Source: the human T2T-CHM13v2.0 reference genome, Homo sapiens
DNA: 64,000 nt
Assembly (NCBI RefSeq): GCF_009914755.1
Contig: NC_060929.1
Strand: one strand, 5' to 3'
The notes beneath the pieces were generated by a model. The model saw nothing but the letters and a program-made list of their open reading frames with translations, was not told where the DNA came from and searched no databases. Both the position numbers and the translations under genes were made by a program. This document shows, in pieces, positions 1 to 14,289 of the stretch. Numbering within the stretch: position 1 is the stretch's first letter; the number at the start of each line of letters is the position of its first letter.

Positions 1-14
1 AGTATTGGGTGTTA

Positions 15-455
15 TTGGAACTTTCATAAAACTGTAAGTGGGAATATAAAATGTTAAAATAAATGTGACAGTTGTGAATTTCTTCTAAAATTCTTGATAA
101 ACATACTCTGTTTCTCAGCAATTCTACTCGATAATGCCACAAACTAAAAAATGTGCACATAAGCACACCAGAAGACATCTCCTATAATGCTGTCAGTCCC
201 AACTGAACACTACAGAAATGCTCAGTCACTAGAATGAATATAGTATAGTACACGTACACAGTGAAATACTATTCAGCAAAGTAAATAAATCATGTATAAC
301 CAGGCACACTATTATGACTGAGTCTCACACACATAACAGTGAGCAAGCTGCATTTGCTGGAATATATTAGGCTGGTGCAAAAGTAATTGCAGTTTTTGCC
401 ATTATAGCAAAAACCAAAATTTTTCTGTATGTATATTCTACTTTTGAAAAGGTTC
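15..455 (+). mobile_element. Ancient L1 (L1ME/L1MC-like) 3' remnant
   Basis: Degenerate L1M 3'-end motifs (gtgggaatataaaatg, cagtgaaatactattcagca, terminal ttttctgtatgtatattctac); interrupted by MADE1. Confidence 0.6.
367..415. mobile_element. MADE1 (Hsmar1 mariner MITE), partial
   Basis: ttaggctggtgcaaaagtaattgcagtttttgccatt matches the Hsmar1 TIR; second arm truncated. Confidence 0.85.
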
Positions 456-3400
456 TAAATTATTTTAAATCCTAGATTTTTGAAAGCTATAACAGGCATG
501 CATGTATGAAAACAGGAATATTATTTACTTACTAAATGTTCTTGATTTTAAAAAATCAATTTCAAAGGTTTCTAGCAATATTGTTGCCAATTTCCTTTTT
601 AAAGAAAATGAAGGATTTTTACTTTTTACAAAATAAAAGTAGAACTAAAGTATAAAGGAATCACTATTTGCTGTGGTATCATTAACTTTAAAATAATTGA
701 CTATGCTGTGGCCCTTTGGACAAATAATCCAATCTTTTGGACAAAAAACAAACAAATATACACACACAAACAAAACCTACATGTTCATGATGTCCATGTC
801 CTGGCAATTTTTATCTACTTATATGGACAGAGGGGTGGAAGAATAAGTAGCATTAACACAGAAAAGCTTTAACATGAAATAGGTGACTTGGTAGTGATTT
901 ACAAATAAGTTAAAGTTAACATTTAAAATGTTTATGCTAACAAAACTTGATATTTAGGAGAGACTTTAAAAGACATGACTCCTGAAATTTTGGCTTCTTA
1001 TTTTCTGATAATCAGCATTTCAGTGTAAAACTGTGTAATTCTATTTATTATCCTTCCAGACGCTAAGGTATAAAATTACACACAATTGACAGCCAAATTA
1101 CTGCGTCTGCCTTCCAAGGGACACGGGGAAGCTCCAACACAGATTCTTTTGCAATTAAATCCTTGCAAGGAGTAAGATTTTTAGGGCCAGCTCAGCTTTT
1201 ATCTGTAATCCAGCAGTTATCGCTGCTGAAATGGATTGCAGGAGGTGGTAAGGAAAAAAATGGGAAAACAGGATGAGGAAGGAAGTCAAACAAACAATGC
1301 TGGACTTTTGCCTAGGGGCCTTGTAGTGACAAGTACTCAGATGCAACTGAAACCCCAGTGCTGCCTGCTGCTGCACTAAACTCTTGAAACCAAGTGTCAG
1401 ACAGACTCAAAAATAGAACCATTGGTACTAAGAGACTAGATGTATATGTTATCACACACTAGCTAATATCCCTGAATCCAGTGTAAATTCGAAGTCTGTA
1501 CTAGCAGTGTAGGGTATATTAAATCTATTAATAATATATATTCTGGCAGGGTATAAACCTCTTATTTGAGACCTCACAAGCCTTTCTTCAATCTGTGCCT
1601 CAAACTAAAGCTCATGCAATGACAGATGAAGAAGACAAAATCATTTCAGAAGTAGCTCTCTACCCTGGCATGAAATTAATTTCACTGTATTCAAAGCAGG
1701 GTTTCTCAAATGGAATGTATAGTTGACCATCTCGGTAATAGTTCAGCTTTAAACCCATTGGCATACCTGATGTTGTAAATTATCAATCCATGAAATTCAC
1801 ATGCTTTTACATTTTTGGGATTAAAAAGCTTGAAGACAGCAATTTCCATCCAGTTATCAAATACACAACGACAACGATTGCCAGAAAATTAACTTAGAAC
1901 ACACTTTTTAAAACACATTAATTAATTAGAGGTAAAGAAACACATCTGCTATATGGAATCAGCACCACTGCCTCCTAAAATGCCACAATGCACCAGTTTT
2001 ACTATAAATATATATTCTTTCCAAATAATATCAATAATAACAAAGGCAGGATCTCATTTTTAAAGTAATCTCTTTCTCCAAGACACATACAGACATGCAC
2101 ACACGCAAGCGCAACTTTGCAGAATGCAAAATTTTCAGTTAACAAATTGGGAGTCTCTTTATGGCAGAACTGGGAGTATTTTTTGTTTATTACCAGATGG
2201 AAAGCATCTATCATATTTTATCCTTTTCTAGACCTCAGGCATAAATTTAAGGCACTGTCTTCTAAGAAATAACTCGACTTGTTTGACTACTAAGAATACT
2301 GCATCCTAATCACCCAGCATTAAGAGTGGCATTTGTTTCAATTTTTTGCATAATTAGCTCATGTCTTTACTTGATATCCTTTAACATTTATGTAAAGTGG
2401 TGATCATGAATAATACTCTGTCAAGACAGAGTGGGCCCTGTTTCTTTGGCTGGGCTTAGGTATTATGTCATTGCCCTTGGCTGAGGCACCTAAGGAATAC
2501 CAATAAGAAAAAGGCACATGACTAAGCATTTTAAGTTCTTCCCACAATGTGCTTGGCTAAGGCACTAGCCAAAGAGACTACTTTAAAAATATTTATTTGC
2601 AAAGAGAAATAAAACAAATGAGTAATTTCTTGAAGATATATCACATTTCAATACATCAAAGCGTAACTATATACATGTTTTTGTATAACCATTCCCTGTA
2701 GGATATATTTGCCTTTGGTATTATAAAAATCCTTTACATTTAGGCTGGAACATTTTGTCCTTTAAATAGTTAACTTCCTACAGCCTTGGGAAGTTCAGAT
2801 GCGTAGAGGGTAGTGGTTAAAGGTGCTGCCTTGGAGGTGAGGGTTACAGGTGGACAAACAGGCTGAACATGACTGGCATTCCCCTATGTCTAGGACTCTA
2901 GTGTTCTCTTTGTGCTTTTTGTTTGCTTATCGGCATTTTTTTAACTGATAGCAGTATTTAAATATTTGGCAATCAATCTTTCATGAATTCTAGTATATTT
3001 GTTCCATTTCTTCTTGACTGCCTGAGAACAAGCTCTCATTTGTTCTTTGTACTATGGTGAGGTTTGGTTTGTGTGGAGCAGGACAGGCAGCGAACCCAAA
3101 CAAGTCCAGCGGAATCTCTGACGATAAAAGGATGCTGCTCACAGATATGGCAGCACTGTATATTAAACCGATGTGAATCACAACAGGCTCCGTGACTTAT
3201 CATTTGTAGAAACAGCACATTGTTCTTCTAGAATTTTGAAGACTTTTCTGTAAGACTTGTTGAATATACCTCTATTTCCGAACAGTGCCTATACATTGGT
3301 ATCTTAAAAATGGGGCCCTTCCGTGTATGTTACAGCTTAAGTTCGTTCTAGAACTGATATTGCATTATTTGAAATCAATGTTTAGGTGTCCACAGGCTTT

Positions 3401-3651
3401 GCTTACAGCTTTGTAAAGGTCTTAAATACTGAGTTTGCTCCCTTTATTACCCAGTCAATCTGGAATGAGATGATTCCTTGGTATTTCAAAGCTGCTGACA
3501 TATCTGATGGACTGGATGAAAATTTAAGGCTCATTTAGCTCTACAGATTTATGTTATGTTCTCTATTTCTTGCTCTAAGCTTACAATTTGCCTTAGCCAA
3601 TAATGTGCTTTTCTTAATTCACCAATGAGCAGTCCGAATTAGGGAATATTC

Positions 3652-3928
3652 TTTTTTTTTTTTGAAACAGGGTGTCAGTCACCCAGGCTTGTGTGCAGTG
3701 GTGTGATCACTGCTTACTGCAGCCTTAACCTCTCAGACTCAGGTGATCCTCCCACTGTAGCCTTCCAAGTAGATGGGACTACAGGTGTGGTCCACCATGC
3801 CCAGCTAATTTTTGTATTATTTGTAGAAAAGGATTTAGCCATGTTGCCCAAGCTGATCTCAAACACCTGGGCTCAAGTGATTCGTCTGCTCCGTACTGAG
3901 ACTATGGGCATGAGCCACGAAGCCTGGC
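3652..3928 (-). mobile_element. AluJ, diverged
   Basis: Poly-T followed by antisense Alu dimer with J-type motifs (cactgcagccttaacc, ctgggctcaagtga). Confidence 0.9.
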
Positions 3929-4159
3929 TTGGAATAGTCTTTGAAAATATAATAATAACAATGAAGATAAGTAGAGCTGGTATTTTATTGAGAAGTCAAC
4001 TCACCACTGGATAATGAGGACAACTCATTTCCTATATCACTGAAATTACCCTTTTCCATATTCTCATGTGATAAAAATAGCTGTATTTTTGTTGTTGTTG
4101 TATCCAAAAAGCAGTTTAGCCTTAAAGTAAAATGTTATCATTGTTTCTGTGTACATCCA

Positions 4160-4260
4160 ATGAGGCAAGTTATTATTATCTCATTTTATAAATGAGGAAA
4201 CAGATTCAGAGAGGTTAAATAATTTGTCCAAAATCATGTTTGTGTTCTTAACCACTAGAC
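4160..4260 (-). mobile_element. MIR fragment
   Basis: attattatctcattttataaatgaggaaacagattcagagaggttaa is the antisense MIR core. Confidence 0.8.
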
Positions 4261-4303
4261 AGACCTATCTATAATCATTTATAGTTTTAAGTTTGTCTTC
4301 TAG

Positions 4304-4441
4304 GAGCCATGGCTAACAACCACCACATCATGTTCTTATTGGGTTTGTATAATAATGATAAATCAGATTCTCCATCCCTCTACACCACAACCAAGGGGGA
4401 TACGTGCTGATGAGGAGAAATTCCAGCTTCCTCAGAATCAG
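4304..4441 (+). other. Candidate 138-nt exon (unverified)
   Basis: tttgtcttctag acceptor; CAG|GTAAGT consensus donor; non-repeat sequence. Confidence 0.3.
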
Positions 4442-4897
4442 GTAAGTTTCTAGGTGTGCCAGGACTCCAGGGGGGTCTCCTACCCAGTAATCCCACTAAG
4501 CGATTCTTTACCACCATGGTTTTGTCAACCATTCTAAAGGTAATCAAGGTTGATATTGTATACACATTTTAAAATCCTTTATCTGATTACATTTAAATGG
4601 TATAGTGTTGTGCCTCCTTAAATAAGAGGAAACACCTATCACCTTTCTTTTCATTAAGCCTCCTATGAGAGGGTTTACAAGTTGAGGGAAAGGAGGAAGT
4701 GTCTATTTCTTATAGTCTTAATATACGAATTGAAGATGAAGAGCTGGGAAAATATATCTTCTCCATGAAAACTGATGAAAAATATGAGACTTAACCAAAA
4801 GATTTCACAAACAACTGTAAGTATAAAACTTTAATATTTATTATAGTGAAACTCATTAACAGCTGGGTCAGAAAACATGAAAAGGAAGTAAGCATCT

Positions 4898-5290
4898 TGT
4901 ATTAGTGCATTCTCACGCTGCTATCAAGAACTACCTGAGACTGGGTAATCTATTAAAAAAAAGATGATTAATGGACTCACAGATATGCATGGCTGGGGAG
5001 CCTCAGGAAACTCACAATTACGTCAGAAGGCGAAGGGGAAGCAAGGCATGCCTTACATGGCAGCAGGAGAAAGAGAGTGAGCAAGCAGGGAACTGCCACA
5101 CACTTTTAAACCATCAGATCTCATCAGATGTCAAGAGAACTCTATCACAAGACAGCACCAGGGAGATGGTGCTAAGGCATTTGAAACCACCCCCATGATC
5201 CAGTCATCTCCTACTAAGCCCCACCTTCAACACTTGGAAATTACAATTCCACATGAGATATGAGTGGGGACACAGATCCAAATCATAACA
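4898..5290 (-). mobile_element. MSTA-type MaLR solo LTR
   Basis: tgtattag...aatcataaca termini; 5-bp TSD CATCT at 4893-4897 and 5291-5295. Confidence 0.92.
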
Positions 5291-6403
5291 CATCTAGAGC
5301 AACATCAAAAATGTATGGGACAATCTACTTAGGCAGTTCATGATAACATAGCAATATTTCCTGGAAAACTAAAAAAAATTAATAATAAGGGTTAAAGGAG
5401 GAAAGTTAACTATTCTAGTAAACTTCATCTTGAACAGGTATTTCATTTCTAATAGATGTTTTTGGAAGCTTGTGTCTTCTAGAACTTTTCTGTAGTTATA
5501 AATACATTTACACATATTTAATGACCATTTTTGGAGTTTTGAAAAAGTAACTCCTTTTGTGTATGAAATTTTGAAGTTGCCCGCAATAGTTCTTGCCATA
5601 TATAGCATTTCTTCTCAAACATGACATCCATGACTGGCAAAGGATTTGGGTTTTTTTGCTTGTTTGTTTGCTTTTGCTAGTTCTTAAAATCCCAAACAAG
5701 TAGAACTTGTACTTATTCATGAGGTCCACGTAGATCAAAGGTTAGATTTATACCCGTGAGTACAATTCAGTGAAAAGTCAGGAAAATAGAAAAGTGATTG
5801 CGAAAATGGAGTTTAGACTTTCCCTTGGGGTTCTCAGACCAGGAAGCTTGCTATTCTGGTGATGAGAAATGGCACACTGATTTGGCTATCTAATTTCTTG
5901 AGAGTCTTATTGCATGCCCAGGAACCATAAAAGTGGAAGTTTCTTCTGCTCTTCTGTCGGCATTCTATGGCCATAGAGTTAATACTTGGGTTACACTCAG
6001 GAATCCGAGTTAAGAAGTGCCTCCAAAATGCATCAAGGTACCTACTTTTAGCAAGTCCCAAATATTGAGACCACAAATGGTCTTTATCCAATTCTAAAGC
6101 AAAACTATAAATATGGATCTGAATTTAAATTGTCTATGATTAAAATATGTGACTTAAATTTCCATTCCTCCATCTACCATCTAGAGTTTTCCTCAGCTGA
6201 CACTGTCAGTGTTGGAGGCAATCACTGAAGTATTTACCTGCTTACAGAATTACATACCTATGCTAATACAGCAAGTGTGTGGACACACTGTTTTGTCAAG
6301 TATGGGAAAAACATTTGCTGACACCTAAATTCTAAGCAGTATGTGAAGTACACTAAAACTAAAAAAACAAAACAACAAAACAAATTTTGTATTATATGTA
6401 TCA

Positions 6404-6872
<469 letters not shown>

Positions 6873-8691
6873 TTAGTAGTAATAAATAGCACAGACATCA
6901 GAAGGTAATGAGAGCATTGGTGGTAAAAATGTGGTGGGAAGAAGGTACCAGTAGACATTGTGAAGTCATCCATGAGTGCTTGCCTCCCAGTGAGAAGGCA
7001 AGCTCACAGGTAAAGAGCTAAACTAAATGAAATGAATCCAAAGAATTCTAAATCTGACAAATATTCTAATTTGACTTGCATAAAACAGCAAGGTTTTTTT
7101 TTTATACATGATACTCTATTTTAGTAACACTATATATATAGATGTAGAAATATCTTAGAATGCCATATCTCTGAATGTATAACTAAGGACTATGCGAATA
7201 ACGTGTTTGTATCCATAGATGTATAAACGAGAACATGCATATGCATATTTCACATAAACATAATGTTGAGCAGCAAAATATTTGAGAACAACAGGAAAGC
7301 TGGTATCACATTGTTTCTGTTTCCCATAGCATTATTTTCACTTTTTTTCTCTTTATGACCTAATTGGAATGATCAGATTCCATTCTTCTCCATTTTGCAT
7401 AGACTCTTTCTTGCAATTCTATGGAAAATGATGTATTGCTCTGTAAGAATTTTATTTTTTTGTGAAAAAAATGAAAGGAAGGCACATCATATTAAGTGAT
7501 AAATAATTGGAACAGATTTAATTCCAGTTATTAAAAATAAAATTTAGATCTCTAAATTTTAATGTGGTCTATTTGAAAACCCTTAATCATTTTAAATTTA
7601 TTCAAATTATTTTATTAGATGTAATTGTTAATATTTAATTGTTCACTTCTCACAACTCATTAAGATTTTAATAACATATTTTTCTAAATGAGAATATGTC
7701 ATAATAATACATAAATATATCTGCTGCCTTATAGTTTATAAAATGGATTTACATAAATTATCACTTTTGATCTTCTTAATAATCTTTTAAGTAGCTATTA
7801 AAATCTAAAACCAAAGAGAGATTATGAATTTAATAACAGAAAGCTAATTTAGATCAAAATTCTTATTTGGGAAGTTAAATTACCAAGCTAATTACTGAAA
7901 ATACTCAGGCACACATTCAAATATGCTTCGGTACTTAGGTACTGCTCATTAAAGAAAGCACCTAGATAGTAGTACTATGTCTCAGAACATTCACCAGAAC
8001 CTGTTCAACTCAAATCTGCCCCCGCCAAACACTCTAGAAGATTTCGCCAGGTGGGGAAAAGTGCCCTCCTCCCTACTACCCTGTGTTTCCAAGGCTCAGG
8101 CAGGCATTCCTCCAAGAGGGTGTTAATTAAGTTCCCTTAATAATAAAGGGATGTAAAGCACTATGGGATACAATTTCTCCCCTTAAGAAAGTTAATAATA
8201 TAATTTCCTTAAAAATATATTTTATTATTATAAAATACTCCATCATAATTTAATTTTTAACATTGTAAGTGGCTCATAACAATGCAGTAGCATCATCGCT
8301 TCAATATCAATATAATCATAATTAGGAAATTACAGATAGAAATCTATTAGAGTTTTACACCGCTGGTACCAAGAACTCAATGATTTTTGTCATCTGGGAA
8401 GATCTGAGAATCCAAAGAACACAAATGAATATTTCTTTTCAGGCAAGTTCCCCATGGACATGTGTCAGTATGCATAATAAACACGATGACATTAGATAGT
8501 GCTATTCAAACACCCTCTTGGCAGTTGAAGCAAGAAACAAGGGCACTGCCCTTTGGCCACAGAGACCAGAGCGTCTCTTCCAGTAGTCTGTCCAGATGGG
8601 AGAGTGACACACTGAACCACTGGGGGCACTAATGGAATAACCTTACAATATTCATGTTCGAAAAAGACAGAAACCAAGAGACAGCTTTGCT

Positions 8692-8895
8692 TTCTCTCTC
8701 TCTCTAGATATATGTAAAATATATATATTATATATAATATATATTATAGAAAATTATATATAGTATATATTTCATATATTATATTATATATTTTATATGT
8801 AATATAAATATTATATATAATAGATATATTATTAATAGATATAAATTAATAGATATAAATATAATATATATTAATATATATTTATATATTATTTA
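8692..8895. repeat. (CT)n followed by AT-rich degenerate (TA)n tract
   Basis: Visible directly in the sequence. Confidence 0.9.
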
Positions 8896-9822
8896 AATCA
8901 TCTGTCTGGAATACTACTTTCCATTTTTCAAGCTAATATTGAAGTATGATGATAGAATGAAGCAAACTTTGTCCTATAATTCTCCTGTGCCTAAAATTGA
9001 TGAGGGAAAAAATCCAGCACATTACAACATAATACGTAATAATGATTTACTTAAATATTTTGATAAGTATAACAGAAACAAATAGGTTGGTAATTTAAAA
9101 GTAAAAATGCTTCTCAGATTATTCTCTAACCTATTAGAAAGAGGCATTTAGGAGAGGGTACTTCACAATGGGCATCTTAACAGTAACAATCACAACAAAC
9201 TGTTGACCCTTTATGCCTCTGCTTCCAAAATGCAACCCATACTCATCATTGGGATAGAAGTATAAATGCCATTGCTTCGTAAATCTACTGAACAGATTCC
9301 ATGTATACTTAGTATATTGAAATGTTGGCCACCTACTTTTGCAGTATGAACATCAACAGTTCTGGTTTCCAAAATAGATCCCACAATGAACCATCCCATG
9401 AAACAAACACAATTAGTTTATCCACATTATAATTTTAATGTCACAGTTGCAGTGGCTCTCAATTTTCAACTTTGCTGCCCATTGCTGGTGTCACCGTCAG
9501 GACCTCACGTGCTGCACCAGGACTCTCAAAACATCTTGCCTGTCTGTAAGTATCCAAGATTACCCTGCCACATTCCTGCTTTGACAGTGAAATAGACTAG
9601 AGGCCTCAAAGGAATTCAGAGTAAATGGCTAATTATAGAGTTTGCTACATTCAGCCTTATTATCATATTATTTTAATGTAAAATGCAAAACTCAGGATGA
9701 TTATTTTCCCTAAAAATAAAAGGCAAGGCTATATGACAGAGCTTGAGATTATGATAATAAACAGTTCAGAGAAGTCTATTATACAGTCCAACAAATTACT
9801 AGAAGAATCTCATTTTTATTAT

Positions 9823-9920
9823 CATTCTACAAATAGTTATTAAATACCTATTTTGTTCCAGGAACTCTTCTGAAGGGCAACGACAGATGTGGTCCCACCC
9901 TCACACAGCTTACCATCCAG
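9823..9920 (-). mobile_element. L2 3'-end fragment
   Basis: cattctacaaatagttattaaatacctattttgttccagg resembles the antisense L2 tail. Confidence 0.65.
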
Positions 9921-10399
9921 TTTTATTTTGGAAACACTCCATATTTGATATCTGCTTCTCTTTCTTCCAAAGGCTCAATTTTATCTCTTTTAAACAAATC
10001 AGCATATTTATTCCTAGAGTTACTTGCATATAGCAAACATTTAATCATTGCCTTACAGATTGAATTGGTATTTTCCTTTTTAATTAATAAGCGTATAATA
10101 TTAAGGCATAACTGAAACTTCAATATTATTGGCTACTTCACTGTCACAGAGGGTAAAAATAAGAACACAGAAATTTACTATTTCATGTTTTGTGAATATT
10201 CATATTCACAGGCTTCTTCTCCTTTTAGTGTTGAAGTTTCAGTTTCTGGAATGTGGTTTATGGGGAGTGAGACTTTGGAATAAAAACAGTGTTTCATTTA
10301 TGCAGCAATGAGCTGAGGCAACCTGTGACCCATGTCTTCACAGCCATACAGTTGGCATGAAAAATTTACAAACTCTCTACTTGCTGCCGTGAGTTGGAC

Positions 10400-10610
10400 A
10401 GTGTCCATGATCTAGACATAGTACAAAATTCTTTACATATACCATCAAAAACATTCACCGTGGAAAGGAAAGCACTATTGATCTCTTTCAAAGATGAGGG
10501 AGATTCAAGAATGGGAGTGACTCATGTCAAGCCCCGAAGCTGATGTCTTGTGGAGCATGGGTCTGCGCACAGCTCCGCCTCCAAAGCCTTGAGCTTCCTC
10601 CCACAACATG
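10400..10610 (-). mobile_element. MIR
   Basis: Degenerate antisense MIR (ctttacatat...aaagatgagggagattc...cctccaaagcc). Confidence 0.6.
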
Positions 10611-11359
10611 TGAACCCCAAGCTTTGCAAGTCCCCTTGCCTTTGTGTATACAGTCCATATTCTTCTGCCATCTACCTGTGTCCTCTGGCTTTTCACATCT
10701 TAGTTCTTCCTCTCGCTCCTAGAAAGTCTAATTCTCACCTTCCCCAGATGATTCTAAGGCTCTGATATTACCTGGACTCAATTAATCACCCATGTCCCAA
10801 GATCTCAAAAAATATTCTGTTAAAACATTTGCTTTGGTATTTTCAGAAGCATTTATAATACCAAGTACATCAGTGGAGGAATGAGGGAGATATTCATGGG
10901 CATTTGTGTCAGCTTTTGGTTTTAGAGATGGAAGACCTACTTGTGCATTTGACCAGTTACATTTGTGCAATTTATTTATCTGTGCTTTAAGAATGTTGAG
11001 AATAATTACAAGTTTGGTATGTTGCAGAAAGGTATTTGGAGCAAGGAACAACAGCTCTGAGTTTTAGTTATAGCACCAGGATTCCTTGGAGAGGTTGCTG
11101 AACTCATCTTAAATAAAGTTCCTTTATTTATGAAATGGGAAAAACTCTTGTACCGTACAGTTCAAGAGAAGATTATAGGAATACAATGAGATGAAACTAC
11201 AAGTTCTTTGGGGTCAAGGGCTCAGTGAGATGCACATTCATTCTCCTAACAGTGCCAAGAGGGACTCTGAGAAGAGGCACAGCAGTGCCCACACAACAGA
11301 CATGCTTACTAAATGAACATACACATATGAAAGCAACTTAAATTATACACAATGACCAC

Positions 11360-12900
11360 GTTTATGTCAATGTGCTGAACATCTGAGCTGTAGCAAACAG
11401 ACAAGGGTCTTACATTCTAATGAAGCATCACAGACAAATTTATCATACACACTAAATGAAGAAGATGGTTTCTCAAGGTGGTAAGTCCTATAAAGAAAGT
11501 CAAACAGTCTGGTAAAAAGATAGAGCCTTTGCAAGAATAAAAAGCCCCTTATAGACCATATTAAGGTTTGGATTTTATTCTAAGTACTAAAGAAAGCCAT
11601 TAGAGGTATCTAAGTGACATGATCTTGCAGGTGCTGTTTTTAAAAAAGATCCACTTAATGTATTATGCTATATTTAATGTGACCCTATCTAGAATAATAG
11701 GAGTCATAAAGAAATAGCCTTGTTTGGATCTGAAATGCCATGGTTCATAAAGATCACATAAGGGAACAGTGAGGAGTCTTTTGTAACTATGCAGGAACGG
11801 TGGTCACTGGAAATCTGGTGGTAGTGATGGAGGGAGAGAAGAAAAGTGTGCTAAAATACAGCTAAGAGGACATGGCAGTTGTGAGAGGAAGAATTCTAAA
11901 GATGTCCCCCGCCCAAGTCCCTGGTCCTGTAATTACTCAGTCAAACATTCACTGAGGTTCTACTGTGAAGGACTAAAGATAGACTTAAGGTTACAAGTCA
12001 GTTGACCTAAAATAGGGAGGCTAACCTGGATTATCCAGGTTAACCCAATCTAATCACATGAGCTGGTAAAAGCAGAGAATTCTCCAGCTGTACCCAGTAC
12101 TGTATGTCAGAAGAGGCAAGAGACGAGACAGAATAGGAGGTAAGAGAGATGCAAAGCCAAAGATGGAGGAATGAAGCCACGAGCCAAGGAATACAAGTGG
12201 ACTCCGGAAGTCAAGAATGATTCTTAGCCACCAGCCAGTAAGGAAATGGAGACTTCAACACAAGGATGGCATGGAACTGAATTTGGCCAAGAACCTAGAT
12301 GCAGATACTTCCCTAGAACCTCCAGAAAGAAATGCAGGCCTGAAGACAATCTGATTTCAGCCCAGTGAAACCTACATCGGACTTCTGAGGCAGTGAGATA
12401 CATAAACTGGTGTTGTCTTAAGCCACTAAGTTTGTACCAATTCACTTTGGCAGAAGCAATACAAAACTAACACAGCAGTGGAAAGTATCAGAAGGCAGTA
12501 AGGGAAAGAGACACATTGGGATGGCTCGGCTCTTTGGACAGAGTTTGAGGGAATGGAGGGATCATTTACTGAGATAGAAAAACATGCTGGAAGAACATTT
12601 GGGGAGAAAAATGGAAAACAAACACTTTGTTTTGAACACGTGAAGCTTGAGATATCTTATCATTCATCCAGCTGGAGGTGACAGGAAGGCAGGTACCAAC
12701 ACAAGTTTGCAACTGAATGAAGAGGTGAGGGCTGGAGGCATCAGTCAGCTTTATAAGTGTGTCATAAACATATCAATGATGTTTTTAAATATGGGACTAT
12801 ATATGTGTTCCCAGGATACCTATATGGACAGATAAACAGAGAATGTCTTCAGGATTTGTTCATCAACAATGTCTAAGGAAAATCAGGAACATTAAGAAGC
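11360..12900 (-). mobile_element. L2 relic, interrupted by MLT1E LTR
   Basis: Antisense L2 motifs (tttggattttattctaagt, ttttgaacacgtgaagcttgagat) on both sides of the LTR. Confidence 0.7.
11880..12474 (+). mobile_element. MLT1E-type MaLR solo LTR
   Basis: tgtg..gaattctaaagatg start and aactaacaca end; perfect TSD GCAGT at 11875-11879 and 12475-12479. Confidence 0.88.
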
Positions 12901-12916
12901 ACAGGAGATTACACCT

Positions 12917-13370
12917 TGTTATGGGTGGAATTGTATTCCCTCCAGAACATATGTTAGCATCCCAATCCCCAGAACACATGAATGTGATTATATTTGAAAA
13001 TAAGGTCTTTATAGACGTAATCAAGTTAAAATAATATCAATAGGATAGGCCCTAATCCAATATGACCAGCATCCTTGTAAAAAGGAGAAATTTAGAGACA
13101 GGCACACAGGAAGAATGTTATATGAAGATGAAGTCAGAGGTCAGGAACCTGCTTCTGTAAGCCAGGGAACACCAAAGACTTCCAGCAAACCAGCAGGAGC
13201 TAGGGGAGTGACCGGGGACAGATTCTCCCTTGCAGCCCTCAGAACAAACTGATCTGATGGCACCTTGATCTTGGACTTCTGGCCTTGAGAACTGTGAAAC
13301 AATCATCTTCTGTTGTTGAAGCCACTTGGTTTCTGGTAGCTTTTAATAGCAGCCCTAACAAACTAATTCA
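12917..13370 (+). mobile_element. MLT1B/C MaLR solo LTR
   Basis: tgttatgggtggaattgt start; tttgaaaataaggtcttt; ttggacttctggccttgagaactgtga; aactaattca end. Confidence 0.88.
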
Positions 13371-14289
13371 TGCACATAATACTGTGAAGTCGATACCTAA
13401 GACAGGCGTACAGATATATTTTGAGTGGTATGGTCTCTGTATCTGACATATATAATATTATCTCCATCTTTAAAATTAAAAAAGATGAAAATATGGCAAG
13501 AAAAAAATAATTTTATTAAAATGATTACAACAGTAATCATATAGTTTTGATTACTGAGTTTTAAGAAACAGCAAACATTTATTTCTCAAGCACAAATTAC
13601 TCAGAAGTTAGTTTCTTTCATTAGATGATCTTAAGATCTATGGCAATTCAATTGACACAAATGATTGTTATTTGAATATTAATCCTCCATTCAAAATTAT
13701 GGAAGGGAAGTTGCTCAATAGTCTTAGTTATGAATCCACTTCTGCAAGATATTCCTTGCATTTATTCAAATATTATATTACTTAACTTAGACCTGTTAAT
13801 AATGTCAAACTGTCAACATCCCCAATGAAAGAAACTCAAAACTTGGGCTGAAAGTCTGTGAACACGGCAGGTATCAAACCACATCCAACTTTAAAAGGAC
13901 CACACCTTCTGCTATGAGCAGAAATTGATACCTAATTAGGCCCCATGCAAGGAATGTGTTTCACGTTGACACTGTGCATTAGAAGAAATTCTCAAGTTCA
14001 TTATCAACCATAAAAAACCCAGGGGAAAATCCTCTTATAAAATACAACATCTCTGAATTTTATCAACAGTTCCCAACAAATCTAGAAATAGATGCTGCTG
14101 TCTTAAGATATTATGCTGTGATGATTAATACTGTCAATTTTGACCCTCAAGAGAACCCTGATGAACACACATACCAGATGCAATGTGAACCTACCCACAG
14201 CAGTGGAAGCTATGAAGAGTCCTGTTAGATTCTGAAACACTATGATTCATAGAAACCCAGAAAACACATAGTTGAAAGTAGAAAATTAA

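Noticed and set aside
5834-6091. 85-aa minus-strand ORF in unique DNA
   Set aside because: Non-ATG start, no recognisable homology and no convincing pair of splice sites
9211-9600. Possible exon or ORFs in a unique segment
   Set aside because: Frames close quickly and no peptide is recognisable
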